Assembly: GCF_964355755.1 (NCBI RefSeq)
Contig: NC_092680.1
Span: forward strand, 4,216,001 to 4,280,000
Source: Antedon mediterranea
Taxonomy: Eukaryota > Animalia > Echinodermata
Length of the DNA stretch: 64,000 nt
Reading direction: 5' to 3'
Part shown: positions 12,108 through 25,586 of the stretch, one piece after another
Layout: the number at the start of each line of letters is the position of its first letter
How positions within the stretch are numbered: position 1 is the stretch's first letter
Program-made: the position numbers and the translations under genes
Notes under the pieces: generated by a model
The model's database searches: none
What the model was told of the DNA's origin: nothing
The model's input: only the letters and a program-made list of their open reading frames with translations

Positions 12108-14202
12108 CACACTAAAAAAAAAAGGTGCAAATCTCTACCTAAAAAGGTGCAAACCGATGCAACAATAGCAGCTCCCTTTAAGGTGCACAACTGCACCTTT
12201 GACGGAAGGTGCAATTTTGAACCCTGATAAAGGGTGCTATAATGCTCCTTTGGAGTTCACATTTGCACCATATAAGGTGTAATTTTCTACCCTAAAAGGT
12301 GCAAACGAAATGCAACAATAGCAGCTCCCCAAAGGAGCAAAATTCAACCTCTAAATAAAGGTGCAACTTTACACCCTAATAAAAGGTTCAATAATGCTCT
12401 TCTAAGGTTCAAATTTCTGTTAAAAAGGTGCACAAATAAAAATCACCAAAATACAAAAAAATATTGATTAAGCTTGGTATAATTTTATTCAACTTTAAAA
12501 CATTACATTATTCAATTCAACTGCTGAATTATTGGATGGCAATTACCAGTCTTTGCACCTTAAATAGAGTGTGGCCATCTCTTCTCAAACCAACAATAGG
12601 CCTATTGCTAAAAGTATCTAATGATGACATCTTTGACAGTATTCTCTTCTTATTCCCATATATCTGAAACAGTGTTCTTGATGTCTGGTTCACCTTTTTT
12701 CCGAACATTTTCACCTGATTATGTACTTTCCTAAAAAGCATGAAATAGGAAGGGAAACTATTATATTAATATTATCATTAATATGACAATATCATACAAT
12801 ACATTATTGACATTGTTCTGATTTTTAAAGTCAAATTACCTTGTCCACATGCTTCACATACTTTAAAGTATGTTCCTCTCCCTTTCCTCAGCTCGTAGTA
12901 TAGTAGGCCCTATATATAATAGAGTATTACGGTACATGTGGTCACATTTCTTTCTCCTTTTCTGGACATCTTCATTGCTGCTGATCAGCAGAGCAGAGGT
13001 GCTCTTTCATGTTTAAACTTATTTTATCCCTCCATGACATCATGTAGGCTGTAACTATTTATAATTAAAAATAAAGTGTATAAGAAGAATTAATATAGCC
13101 TATAGGTAGGCCTAGGCATAATAATACCCAACTACACTACTGTAACTAATATTAATAACTAGGCCCTAGGCTAGGCCACTAGCCTGCCTAGCTAGGCCTA
13201 TTATTAATTATAGGCCTAGCCGCCTGGCCTAGGCTACCCTCTAGCTAGCTAGGCCTAGCTAGCCTTATTTATTTATTTAGCTATCATTTTAGGCCTAGGC
13301 TTATAGGCCTATATAATAATTAATCTAATAAAAACCACCAAATTACATGCCTATAAAGCTTCATTACTTACTTTTAACACGGGAGAGGTGTGGCATCCGG
13401 GAGCTAGACCTAGTTTTATAGGCCTGATTTTTTGGGCGCAAACTCCTCTCAATATTTAAACTGCATGTTTAACAACCGCACGCGCTTAAAATTATTGTTC
13501 AATTCCTGTTTCAAATAAATTTACAACAGATGCCTACATTATGATATTAAATATTCTAATAATATTGTTAAATATGAAAGAAAAGTTTACTTATTCTAGA
13601 CTTAAGCAAACCAGAGTAAATAACCTCTGAAATTCAATATTTTAAAAATTGTTTACAGACATCTTGCGTGCGCATACGGCACGAAAATTGTACAAAAAGG
13701 TGCTATTATGCACCTTTTAACTGATGTTAAACCTTATAGGGTGCCCAGTTGAACCTTTGAATTTATCATGTTAAAGGTATAAAACTTTAATTTTCAGTTA
13801 CAAGCCAGCGACTTTCTAATGTTCCGTAAGAAACAGATTTTTTCGAATTCCGATATTATTATGAATCTTTCTTATTTTTGTTTTAACTTACCACAATAAT
13901 GTCATTCTAAAAAAATTGTCATAATCATTACCTTTTAAGTTTTTAGAAGCCCTAAGTTAAATATATCAAGAAGCGTTCATTAATCTAACACTAATAGGTC
14001 TTATTTTGTCACACAGTCACCATGGCCTACTTGGGCCTTTGTGGTGCAGTTCTGCACCTTTTTATACTTGTCTGCATTTTTCGATATAAAAGGTGCAAAA
14101 ATAAACCTTTTATGAACTCTGCACCATTTTATGAGAAAAAGGCGCAAATTAGCACCATTTTATAGGTTTGCACCCTTTATTGCACCTTTAGTTTTAAGTG
14201 TG
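12108..14202. mobile_element. Non-autonomous CACTA/EnSpm-like DNA transposon (about 2.1 kb)
   Basis: Termini CACACT...AGTGTG flanked by TA; many AAGGTGCA subterminal repeats in both orientations at both ends. Confidence 0.7.
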
Positions 14203-15049
14203 TACTGCACTTGATCATAAAATTCCGAAGACAATGGTTGCGTAGCACAATGATGCGGTGATTGGCTGATTCGAAGATTAAGTGATCACTTACTGCTATT
14301 TCAAAGCAACCAGCCAAATACAGTTTTCACACTTGTTTTCACAACAAGTTGGTCCCTTGGCCTAGCGATAATAAGCCTACCGATTAAATGGTAATAATTA
14401 TCAAATAGGATAAGTTTTTATAGCCCTTAAATATAACAAATAATGAATCACTTACTATAACAGGAACTGTGATGATTACAAAACACATTTCGATGTAGAT
14501 TGAAAGTTTTCAGAGATATACGTGCAATAGGCCTACATGACGATAAGACGTATGTCCTACTCAGCGATATAATTCTGATTGACACGTGTCATTCAATTCT
14601 TACCCAATTCTCGATTCATGTATGGAAAATATTACAACATGAGGGGTTAAGCTTTGGCCATTTTTGACGGTTTTATATCTATTTTTGACAGATTACTAAT
14701 TTCATATCAGGTTACCGATCCTCCGTTTTATCCTGGATTCGCCCTTGGTATTATCTATTTGTTGGGGTGGTAGTTGTCTGGGGTCAGTTTTCCAGGTGGT
14801 ATACAGACAAGAACAACTTGTAGGCCTAGTACTAGACTTACATCTATCATTAGTATTACATTTACTGCCGTTCAGTATTGTAAAAAAATGCACCCCTGGC
14901 TCTACAAAAAAGTAATGAAAAGACATCTATTCACACGACTTGAAACTAGCATTTGGATAGGCCTACCCCTCACTTCACTCGGCAAATGATTCCATGATTT
15001 CTATATAAAGTTTTGTACCAGCGACACGGAGCGATCTGATGTGGTAAGT

Positions 15050-15276
15050 CCCGATTTCCAGTGCTGTATCTCCACATAGACCCTACTATCTATTTCCAAA
15101 GTATCATAGGAATATTTTTATAATACAGCATCTTATTTATATCACATGTGGTGCCTGTATCATGTATGGTTAACTAGGTTACTACTAGATAGATGTTAAA
15201 CACAAATGTGATGTGGTATTAACAAACATTCCTATGATGCTTTGGAAATAGATAGACCTACAGTACCGAGAATCGG
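15050..15276. repeat. Interspersed repeat family E with internal inverted repeat; inverted copy about 55745-55942, degenerate copy about 7555-7700
   Basis: CTATCTATTTCCAAAGTATCATAGGAAT and its complement; AATACAGCATC motif shared between copies. Confidence 0.65.
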
Positions 15277-16308
15277 TTGGTAAATGCGACATAGGGTGGT
15301 CGTCAAGTATATGTTTTACTATTGGCTACATCTACTAACAAAGGTGAAAGAGCAACCATATACTCGATTCGATACAACTTATTATTATCGATACAAACAC
15401 GAAAAAAAAATCTTTCAACGCAATTCAAAACTTCTTTTCTGTATTTTAAGAAATCATTAGCTCATGTAATCAATCATTTATTTCATACATAAATATAAAA
15501 TATAAAGCAATTGTATACAAGACTGAAAATACCATAATAACATTTATTACGTACGTACGTAAGGTTGGTTAAGAAAGCTAATTGTTAATTAAGTTTGTGC
15601 TAATCAAAACTCATAATAAAGTATCCACCCACATACCATTGCCCTCCGTCCCCAGACGAGATGGCATAATGGAAACATTCATATTTTTATAATGATATAC
15701 ATAACAAGTTGAAGACAGAGGGCATTTTAGCAGGTGAGAGAGCTCAGAGTTTTTACCCAGATCATCATGAAGCACACCGCCACACCGAATAGGACAAAAT
15801 AGGCCTAAATACATTAATTCACGTTTGTGAAGTACAGAACTGGGAATCTTGATAGATTATTCAACATTTTAAACTATACGACATTGAAAATTTGTTACTC
15901 TTCCTTCACACATGGATGTCTATTTTTATACCTCCATGCTTTACACATGATGATGATTAATACATCTTTAACAATATAATAAAGTTATTTTAATAACTTA
16001 AACACATAATTAAATATTGGAATGTTTATGAAGAACTTTCATTACATGTTAGTAGATAGGCATATGTCCTTTTAAAGTTTATAAATCAGCCTATAAAACA
16101 AAAGGTGCGTCGTTACTCCTACGCTGGACTTTGACTTTAGATGTATGATGTCCTGATTTTGACTTTAGATGTATGATGTCCTGATCCAGATTATTGTATC
16201 TTCTTAAAATGCATCAAAGAAAAAAACACCCCTTGTGGTGTGGAAGTAATTGTTTCTTTCTTCTCCTCTGATTGTCAGTGGATCGTCTGCTAAACATAAA
16301 AAAAACGT

Positions 16309-16794
16309 TCAGTTCGAAGGCCTGGAACAAGTACAAGCCACAGGTATAATTTCATCAACGGGTTTATAGGTGTAGACCCCGGATTCACATTTGCCTGTCT
16401 TTCGTAACACGGTAGTGATACGCAATATCGGTTTACACGACAAAAGAGCTGCAGCGGAATCGCGTTTAGTCTGGCATTCGTCACACATGCACCTGGCTAC
16501 GGACACCCTTGATGGGATCCGATCCGGATCGTCGATGTTTTCCATACGGTACGGACACAGTGTGGTAGCATCTGTTGGACATTCTTCTTTATCGGAAGCA
16601 TACGTGCTGATTCCGTCGTCGATTGGATCAAATCGTAACACTTCAGCCAGCTGGGAATAAAGAGTTTGTTCCAACGGTTCATTACATTCGAGGTCTCGGA
16701 ATTTCGTTTCCAGTATAGTATTGGTAAAACTATACGGTCCTGCAATTGCGTTGCAAACCAGGCCAAGAACAACACATATGGAGAGTACCTTCAT
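16309..16794 (-). CDS. IL17: Interleukin-17-family cytokine, copy 3 (single coding exon, 161 aa; probable non-coding first exon near 17102-17170)
   Basis: ATG directly after ttcag acceptor; signal peptide MKVLSICVVLGLVCNAIAG; motifs LCPY..DPDRIP..VARC.C..C..SCKPI...VLRK..C...IPVACTC. Confidence 0.92.
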   Translation of the reverse strand: MKVLSICVVLGLVCNAIAGPYSFTNTILETKFRDLECNEPLEQTLYSQLAEVLRFDPIDDGISTYASDKEECPTDATTLCPYRMENIDDPDRIPSRVSVARCMCDECQTKRDSAAALLSCKPILRITTVLRKTGKCESGVYTYKPVDEIIPVACTCSRPSN

Positions 16795-17936
16795 CTGAAA
16801 GACAAAACGAAACATATTATGATTAACAAATTTAACCTAAAATGGTATTATGGTTATCGACATCAAATATTCACAAATATTAACAATTTTAGTATACGGT
16901 ATAGTAGTCGTGAGCAATAATTCCTTATATGCACATAATGAGAGAGCGATTTACAATAAGGAAATACATTATTATTTTTATACAATCATTGGAGACCGTG
17001 TTGTAATGTTAAACACAACACACGGGGTTAAAATAATATCAACATATTTATTCTACACTACTTCCGGGTTCTATTTTCGTCAGATATAGATTAAAATAAT
17101 ACCTTAACTTACTAAATATTAATAATATAGCAGACACTGTTGGATATTGTACCAAGAAGTCTTAATTCAAAAGTGGTATAAAGATCCCAGCATGAGCTTA
17201 TATAGGGTTCAAATTAGCGGAACTGGGCTATATTAAGGAATGATAGATTGTATAATATAGAATGAATCATCTATTATGTGTGTTCAGATGCCTGTATTAC
17301 ACAACGCTATACTTATCTCTTTTGAAATGATGAAATATTGAATAATGAAATAACATACAGTACTACAACTAAAATTATCACAATATCACGGTGACAATAT
17401 ATTCATATTGACGGAAAGTTTAACATTATTTTAATAGCTTTGCCATGAAGTCACTTTCATGAAACGCGCCACTAAGAAATTACGATATAAGCCTACAGAT
17501 GATAACATTTTTTACAGTTGACCATTTCTACGGTTACAATCTGTTTCGTAATGTCTGTCAGTATGTCCTATCATTTCGTTATTATTTTTATTGTCATAAA
17601 TAACGTCTTCACCATTCATAACGGAGTATAATCATTGCCATGATCATTTATCATACCATTATCATCGTCATCATTATTGTCTTATCATCCTCATCAACCG
17701 CGTCATCATCACATAACCACAGTATCATTATCATCCTCATCATCAAGAAATATGTAAATGCTTCTTTTTAAATTGTAACCATTTTTATTGTATTTATTTA
17801 CCAGTACTTTTTGCGCTTGCGATTGACGAGCACAGAGAGGTGTTATTATTATGTTATGTTGTTATTATTATGGAAGAAACTAAGTTAGAAAAAAAGAACC
17901 CTTAAAATGTTTGTCTTAATCCCGATTATCGCGTAA

Positions 17937-18095
17937 AGCCTTGTCTACACTATCAAACTTTATGTGACAACAAAATGTGATGTGCCCATATATGGACTTG
18001 ATGATGTCATATCATTATCATATTTAGGCATATCACCACCATATTTGGGCACATCACACTTTTTTTGGCAAACGATTTTAAGTGTAAACAGAGCT
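17937..18095. mobile_element. MITE family A
   Basis: Same TIRs and body. Confidence 0.8.
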
Positions 18096-18483
18096 ATAAA
18101 TATTATTTGCTGTATTTATTTTAAATAGCCTGTTCCAGTTTCGATCGTTAAAACATTTTCTTATTTCTCTTCCTTGTTCTTAGTAGGCCTACAAACAATC
18201 TTTCTTTCAACACACTTCACAAACGAAACCAAAACCACTTGAAGTTGTTCTGCTTATGTTCTTTATATTTGTATGAATAAAGTGTGGAGGAACAAATAAA
18301 GAAACACAAAGAAAGAAAAAAGAAGTAATTTCAATCAATTATTTCAACACAAGTAAACTACTTGATGTGGGTACCATTAAGTTTCTTGGTGAAGGTTCAA
18401 CACTGGATAAAGATGTTGATGTATCAACAGAGTTACAAGTGGGGTACTGTCTCAGTTTGAATATTCCTGCTATTCACATTTAA

Positions 18484-18635
18484 AGCTATGTCTACACTAC
18501 TGATCAACAAAGTGTGATGTGCCCAAATATAGTAGTGATATGCCCAAATGTGGTAGTGATATGACATCATCATGTCCATATAGGGGCACGTCACATTTAT
18601 TTTGTCACATAAAGTTTGATAGTGCAGACAGACCT
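18484..18635. mobile_element. MITE family A
   Basis: Same TIRs and body; TAA on both flanks. Confidence 0.8.
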
Positions 18636-21241
18636 TAAGAGCGATATTAAAGGAATTAATCCGACCGAATACAATTACGAACTATTACTTTTATTACCAT
18701 TGTTATTGAGTGGTCTTTATGTATTAATAAATTAATAATAATAATTAGTGAAGAATAAGCAGACCCATTGGATAGAAGTGAACGTGGTCCAGAAAAGTTC
18801 AGGTACATTAGGCCTACTCACTCACCACCTATATATGTAAAGCTATAGATTAAATAGAAAATAAGAAACACCACGGACAAAATTACTACCTTAATCCATA
18901 GTGGCTGGGGATGTATCAAAGTCTAGGCATCTCCATAAGTAGAGAGCACTCCCAACCCTTACCCCAACACAGGTCCGTTTCTTTCCATACAATACCACTC
19001 CAGTACTGTATACAACAAATACATGCAATGACCAGTTCACTGTATATGAGTCCAATCTCACCAGCGATGTAACCGGTTTTTGACCAGGGAAATGGCATGT
19101 ACATTTCCTGACCGAAAACCAGTTACAATCAAATGTTTTGCTCAAATTCAGCACTTGAGAAAAGCTTGTGAACAAATTCGTAAGCCGAGCATAATATTGA
19201 GAACAACAATTTTCATATTAAATTGAAGTACTCCATGCTCAAACTCAATCAAATAAACTGAACACTAATAATGCCTTGATGTTTAGCCTAACGAAATAGT
19301 AAAAATGATAAAGATACATACCTTAACCCGGGCACACTGCACATAACAAGGCAATTGATTCGGTTAGTGAATGGTTCATGTAACGCAGATCAGTTAAACG
19401 GGGAATGAAAGGGGAATTCTCTTCTCGTAATAATAATAATCTATTGTTATTAGTACATCCTTCTCTGGACGCGACCATTATATGAAAGGGGTTGCTTGAA
19501 ATGTGTGTAAATATAAACAGTTTGTGTTATTGTTCAAACTTAAACTTTGTACCAGTGCATGGATAATCAAATATATATCTTTAAATATTCTTGCAGATAA
19601 ACTATCTAAAAGAGTGCGAGGGTCAAAACAATTTGTAAAAAGTTGTGCTGAACTTAACAATGCTACCGTATTTTACAATTTTCAAAATTTAGAGGGGGAC
19701 CGGGTGGACAAGACCCTCTACTCAATACAACATTATTTAAAATACCACGTTAATTAAACATAATGACATTTGGATTCATAAATATAATAAGCTAATATAA
19801 TATAAAATATGGAATTTTACATTTTTTTAAATCTCTAAAACAGAACAACAATCAATCTTTTGAAATTATGGAGAGAAAGTTTCGACTCCCGGTGATTTGA
19901 GTAACTTATGGCATCGCTGTTGGGTTTTAACATGGAGGTAAAAATAAGAGGAGTTATAAGTAGACGTTTTTTTATTTTTACCTCCGCATGGAATGCTACT
20001 CTTATTGTATACTTTCATCAATGTATAATCCATGGAGGTATCTATTTTTATACCTCCATGTATAATCCACATAAACCCAAAATCTTAAGGATGCGGTTAT
20101 TTTTTTCGGGGTTTAATTCGAAGTAAATAATAATTATAAATACTACCGTTGGCCTACAACCATATGTTATTTCATTTTGGCAGGAAATATCCTGGTCGCA
20201 AAGTAATCAAAAGAGACGTTTTAAGGGGATGTTTATTTAAGTATTTAAGTCAGTTGCTACATCATTTATTTGGTTCTTGTTAATGCGAATAAGCATTATG
20301 GCGTAAATGATGGGCCTTCTTGTCACACATAAGTTGTAATTGTGAAATGACAGGAAGAGAAGAGAGTTTGATGAGAAAATCTGATCTTTATGCCCATGTT
20401 TCAATTCGTTCTAGCAAGGAGTAGGGCTCCGGGCAATTCATTTTTTATACACCATGTCAAAATACTAAACTAGTCGGGTATGGCTTATACTGTACTAACG
20501 AAATAGGAAGTATACAATTATTATTTCTATTTTAATAATTTGTTAAAATAATAAGAGGGCTAAATTTTGTGTTTCTTTTTATTGTATATTTTACTCTATT
20601 TTTACTCGTTTACAGAGGCGTAGGCCGGTTGCTGTCTTGCTGAGAAGTGTAAATGCGGAACTAAACAAACTCGGACTTTATAGGCCTAAGCCAAGCCCGT
20701 CGGCGATTTCTTTTTCCGTAGGTAAGTTCCTCCATCGGTTCGTTTCGGCCTCAATCAAATGCGTGACAACGTATACAAACCGCCAGCTAACTTCACACAA
20801 GGCAGTCATAACCAAAGATCGTATAGCGCTACACATAGTGCGGCCAGCGTCGCTTGCGGCCATACACACCTGCCCTGTTAAAAATCACACTTTTAACTTT
20901 TGATTTTGTTAATCAATTGAAATGTCCAATTCATGCAAGGTATTGTATTGTAATATTATCTTATGAATAAACGATTATTCATAACATATTACAATACAAT
21001 ATCTTGCATGAATCAGACATTCGCTACCAATGTAGCAACATTGATTAACAAATTCAAAATTTAACAGTGTGGCGTGTTCATTCAATACCATCTTTCCCAC
21101 TACACCTGCACGTGACAATTGCATAACAACGCACGGCATACCAAACCGTTTTGTACATCTGCGATGAAAATATAAATTAATTCAAATTCTTTTAAATTTG
21201 AGGGCGGAAAACATAAAATTTACGAGATCAAATCCAAAAAT

Positions 21242-21499
21242 AAAAAAAAAGTGCTCTCCCTGCCTCAGCACTAAGGCCCTGCCACAGACTTGGAGTCATT
21301 CCTACCACATCATCAACAGATGCATTGCTAGTGCCTTCTTACGATGTCTGGTGGAAAGGGGGACGTATAATTCTGTGAATCGAATCCCAAACACAGTTGT
21401 CGCATACCTTTAACTCTATTCCACCGACCAGCGCGCGTGGGAATCGAACCCACGACGTAAATGTTGTCAACACGACGCTCAGTCGTCTGAACTAACTGG
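21242..21499 (-). mobile_element. tRNA-derived SINE
   Basis: Degenerate A box, B box GGTTCGATTCC in a T-arm hairpin, about 180-bp body, oligo-T tail. Confidence 0.6.
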
Positions 21500-22050
21500 T
21501 TATTTTGGTTTTAACAAAGTTAATATGATATTTATGACGTAATGATTTTTGACTTATTGACTTTTGCAAACTAAAAGAGGGGAGCTGCTAGGTTCTCGCC
21601 CGGAAAATATTTTATTTACATGATTTGAACAATCTTCTAATGTAAAGATATCATTGGAAAAAAAATGACGAAACGCACCAATATTTTATTTGGACTTATT
21701 TATTTTCTTATAGATCATGGAGGCCATGTATAGATCAACACATTTTAAATTTATACAAAGTGATTAACAATAGACCCATTCCCCCTCCTCTTCCTCGGCC
21801 CCTCACACCTTATTCCCCATACTTTATTAAGTTTTGAATTTCAATATTAAAGAGTTATTATATTATAATTAGTATTATTATTTATACATTTTTCACTACT
21901 TATCACACCCTATTAACGTTATACTGTACATTATATTATAAACAAGAAATACAAATGAATGTTCGCTTCTCCTCTTCCAGGGACATTTAGCCGGGATACT
22001 CAGTTGAGTCTCGAAGGTGTCCCCCTACAAACAACGTGTTTGCACGACGA

Positions 22051-23117
22051 TCACGACGGACGCCGACAAACAAATGACGTAATCATCATTCTATATTTCT
22101 GTTCATACTTAGCAATATCATGCGAACCATAGCCTGTGTCTAACAGGTAAGGTACATTGTATTTAACTGGAAGGCAAAACTGGTCAGGAATCCGTTTATT
22201 TGTGTGTGGATGTATACAGTTATTATGCGAAAGAAGAAGCTCAGCTTGTTCGAACGAGGTCGGAATTGAACGCGTATCAGTGTACGTCACATGTACGTGT
22301 GGACACATCGTACCCAAGTTAAGCGGAGTGTAAACATCTGGTGCTCCAATCTCTTCTATAGGAGGTCGAAGTGGTGGTGTGAACAGAGGTTTTCTTGGAA
22401 CCTGCTCTGGTTGCCTCTCACGGTAGAAGTATTGGTGACCCGTTTTAACAGTATTGTTTTTTATTTCATGTTCGTTTGCCGTTACATTTTCGTGCACAAC
22501 ATCAGATACTACAATTTGATCTCTGGTCAGCGGTTGTCGGGTTGTTGAATGTTGTTTCTGGTGCCGGTGACGATGGTGGTGGTGGTTATGATGGGTGTGG
22601 TTTGGATGGTGATGGTTTACTTCAGGTTGACCATTCGCAGGCGTCTGATCAGAAATGTGGCCAACAGAGGGCGATATTATGTTCTTCAATGTCACCAATA
22701 CCAATATTATTGTCTGCAATTTCTGAATACCAAACAAATAAAATAAATATTTTTAAATATTTATATCAAGTATAATTCGTCAAAATGACGAATTAAAGTC
22801 TATTTATATTTAATATCGATTGTCTTACTATTAGTGTCTGTGCGTGCATACTTATAGTGTCTTTATTTACGGTATTTCAAAAAATAGCTCAAGAGGGAGA
22901 TGTGTACATTGGATGCAAGGATCACCTACGGTACATGGAAGATATAAAATGAGTGCGAATAAAACAGACACTGATTTCTATAGGTTTAACATGGGCGCTA
23001 AAATGAATTCAATGGATGAATTCTGCCACAGTAGGCCCACATAAAAGTTATGCCAGAATTAAAATTTTGTGATTCTAGTATACAAAAGGATAATGAAACA
23101 AATATAAAACTTACCAT
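22051..23117 (-). CDS. Divergent IL-17-like secreted protein with His-rich N-terminus, copy 4 (ATG-only exon 23115-23117, exon 22051-22722; about 224 aa)
   Basis: ATG|gtaag donor and ttcag acceptor in phase 0; hydrophobic N-terminus; C-terminal MCPH..D.RSIP..EQAE..NCI.P.TNK...CLPVKYNVP..YEQ..FVC aligns to copy 1 domain. Confidence 0.72.
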
Positions 23118-23891
23118 TGCGTTATTTCGACAAATTAACCGACTGTTGTATAGCAGGAATTGTTTCCTTTCTTCACGAAAATGTAGAGCTATCTACTGTA
23201 TGTAGCAGCGTAAAAACCAAGCTACTTGTTGATATAATTAGTAAATTAACTGATATACCTTAATTATGAGATTTTCTGCTTTTAAATGCTTTGACAAACG
23301 TACATAAATAGAACGTCGTAATATTATTTTTAAAATATACAATCATACACATGTGTGTTGATATGATGTTCTAAAGGTAGACCTAAATATTTGTTTTATT
23401 AGTAATATTAATTACTTCAAATGGAGGAAGTAGCTTCTTATCGTAAAACAATAAAATTAAACGCTACAGATAAAACTAAATATTTGCAGGTTTATCCTGT
23501 AGGTTGTTGTCGCGTTTGACGTCACATAGACACGTACTGACGTGGACTTCTGGTAGATACATCATTATTTTTACATCACATTTCCAAATTTGACCAACAA
23601 CAAGTATTATTTTCTAGATGAATTCAAGTTTGAAAGAAAACAAAATTAACAAGAACATACCAATTGGAATATTGATATCTCTGTTTTATCCAAGTTCGCC
23701 CTCTAGTGGTGACTTAAAAGTTTTCCACTCTCAATTATTATCAGTTCGTGCAATTTGTTTTTTTAAATTCATATTGTTTATAATTTCTATAAAACCACAA
23801 TAATACCTAACAATTGATTTAAGTTTACTTATTCCTTGTTCCAAATCTTCCTCACATGATAATAAATAATAATCATAAAAAAAACTAACCG

Positions 23892-24307
23892 AGTCTATGT
23901 ACACTATCTATCAAACTTGATGTGAAAAAAGTGATGTTCCCGTAATGAACACGATGACGTCATATCAGTACCATATTTGGGCACATCATATATTTTTTTG
24001 TAAAACTAGTTTGATAGTGTATACAAAGCTTTACGATTTCATGATATTTGATAATTTGATTAGTTTTAAAATTTTCTTTATCGAAAACAACATAATGCTC
24101 TAGCATACCTAAACCTATTTTGTAGTATCAAATAACTGGTAATATAAACTAGAATAGGCTAGTCTTTGTAAATATCTGTCTACACTATCAAACTAGTTTG
24201 AAACAAAGTGTGATGTGCCCAAATATTGTATTGATATGACGTCACCGTGTCCATATATATAGGCATCATGTTTTTGTCACATAAAGCTTGATAGTGTATA
24301 CAGAGCT
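23892..24307. mobile_element. Two MITE family A copies in opposite orientation (23892-24030, about 24173-24307)
   Basis: Same TIRs and body, upstream of IL-17 copy 4. Confidence 0.75.
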
Positions 24308-25130
24308 TTTTTCTTTTGTGGTTCACAACCACGTACCTTTAATCATTCAAAGTTTCGTTACATATATTTCTAAACATTTCCTAACTACATACATCAAATG
24401 CATTGTACACACCCACATTGTGTTGACACATGTAAACATAAACATTCATTTATATAATTTTCACAAATTTAACAAATATCAATTACCGTATTTATTTATT
24501 TATAATAATTATTATAAACACTTTTAAGTATATACAGAGTTTTAGGATGATCCATCACGTCGTGATTTGTCAAATTATTGGCAGTGCGCTTACGTACGTC
24601 CTAATAGAGGGAACTATGCTTTACAATGCAAATTTGCTAGTACGTATTTGAGGCCTATGCAAATCCTAAAATTATGATTGTACACGATTGGGCGTGAATG
24701 ATGACTAGGCTAAATGTATAAAATCTATTTTCTAATTCCCATGTTATGCATTTCCATTCGATTGAAAAAAAGAACCTTATCGATTAATCAAAAAGGTATA
24801 ACGCACAACGTAGTTCAGACCGTACTTTCAAAACATCCGTATAAGAGGATATACGTTGTCACATGCCAAGCAGCACAACTTGTGAATACAGTGGGTTGTA
24901 CCTCCGGAAAAATCTTTCTAAACACGGCCCGGAACTGTCCAGAACTAACAGTTCGTCATGTGGGTAATCAACAATGCCAATAATACCTACTGCTTAATAT
25001 ATGTCCCTATTAAATTTTTCTTTTATTGAATTTTCCAACTTTGCATTGTCTAAATTGTATATTTCATGTTATAGACATATATTGCTTTGCGCGTATCATC
25101 GTCCTTAAGTATATAACGTGACCGACACAA

Positions 25131-25266
25131 AGCTTGGTTCCGATTGGACGCAACGCAACAAGGTAGCCTCAACGCAAGTTCGGATGACTTATCGCGCGCG
25201 TCGTAATTGGCCAATTACTTGCGTTGCACCTTTTTCGTTGAGTTGAGTCCGAGTGAAAACGAAGCT
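25131..25266. mobile_element. MITE family B
   Basis: AGCTTGGTTC terminus, ACGCAACGCAA repeats. Confidence 0.65.
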
Positions 25267-25269
25267 TAA

Positions 25270-25586
25270 AGATTGTCCCCCAAAAACATGAAAAATGAAG
25301 ATTAGTTAAATCAGACTTTGAATATGTTATTTATGTAGTTTTAATCAAGTTAATCACTTCAATAAAAAAAATGTTTTCACTTGACAAAATAAAATTGTAA
25401 AATTCAACCAAAAATCCATTGGCTGGCAGCCAATTTGACCATTTTTTTGCTTTAAATTACATTTTTTCAGATAAATACATTTTTTTCTATCCAATTTTGG
25501 GTTAAAGTGGATAACTATTATGTTACATTAAAATGGAATATTAAAAAAAAAAATTTTAAATTATTTTTCAGGGTGACAATTTATCT
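25270..25586. mobile_element. Kolobok-like element
   Basis: TTAA flanks, degenerate TIR, body is inverted copy of family. Confidence 0.65.

Noticed and set aside
14690-15050. Exon-like region on + antisense to IL-17 copy 3
   Set aside because: No recognisable protein; it abuts repeats and the splice-like sites could be chance
18340-19175. Possible additional gene or IL-17 pseudogene between copies 3 and 4
   Set aside because: Short ORFs show no IL-17 or other recognisable motif, and no consistent exon chain was found
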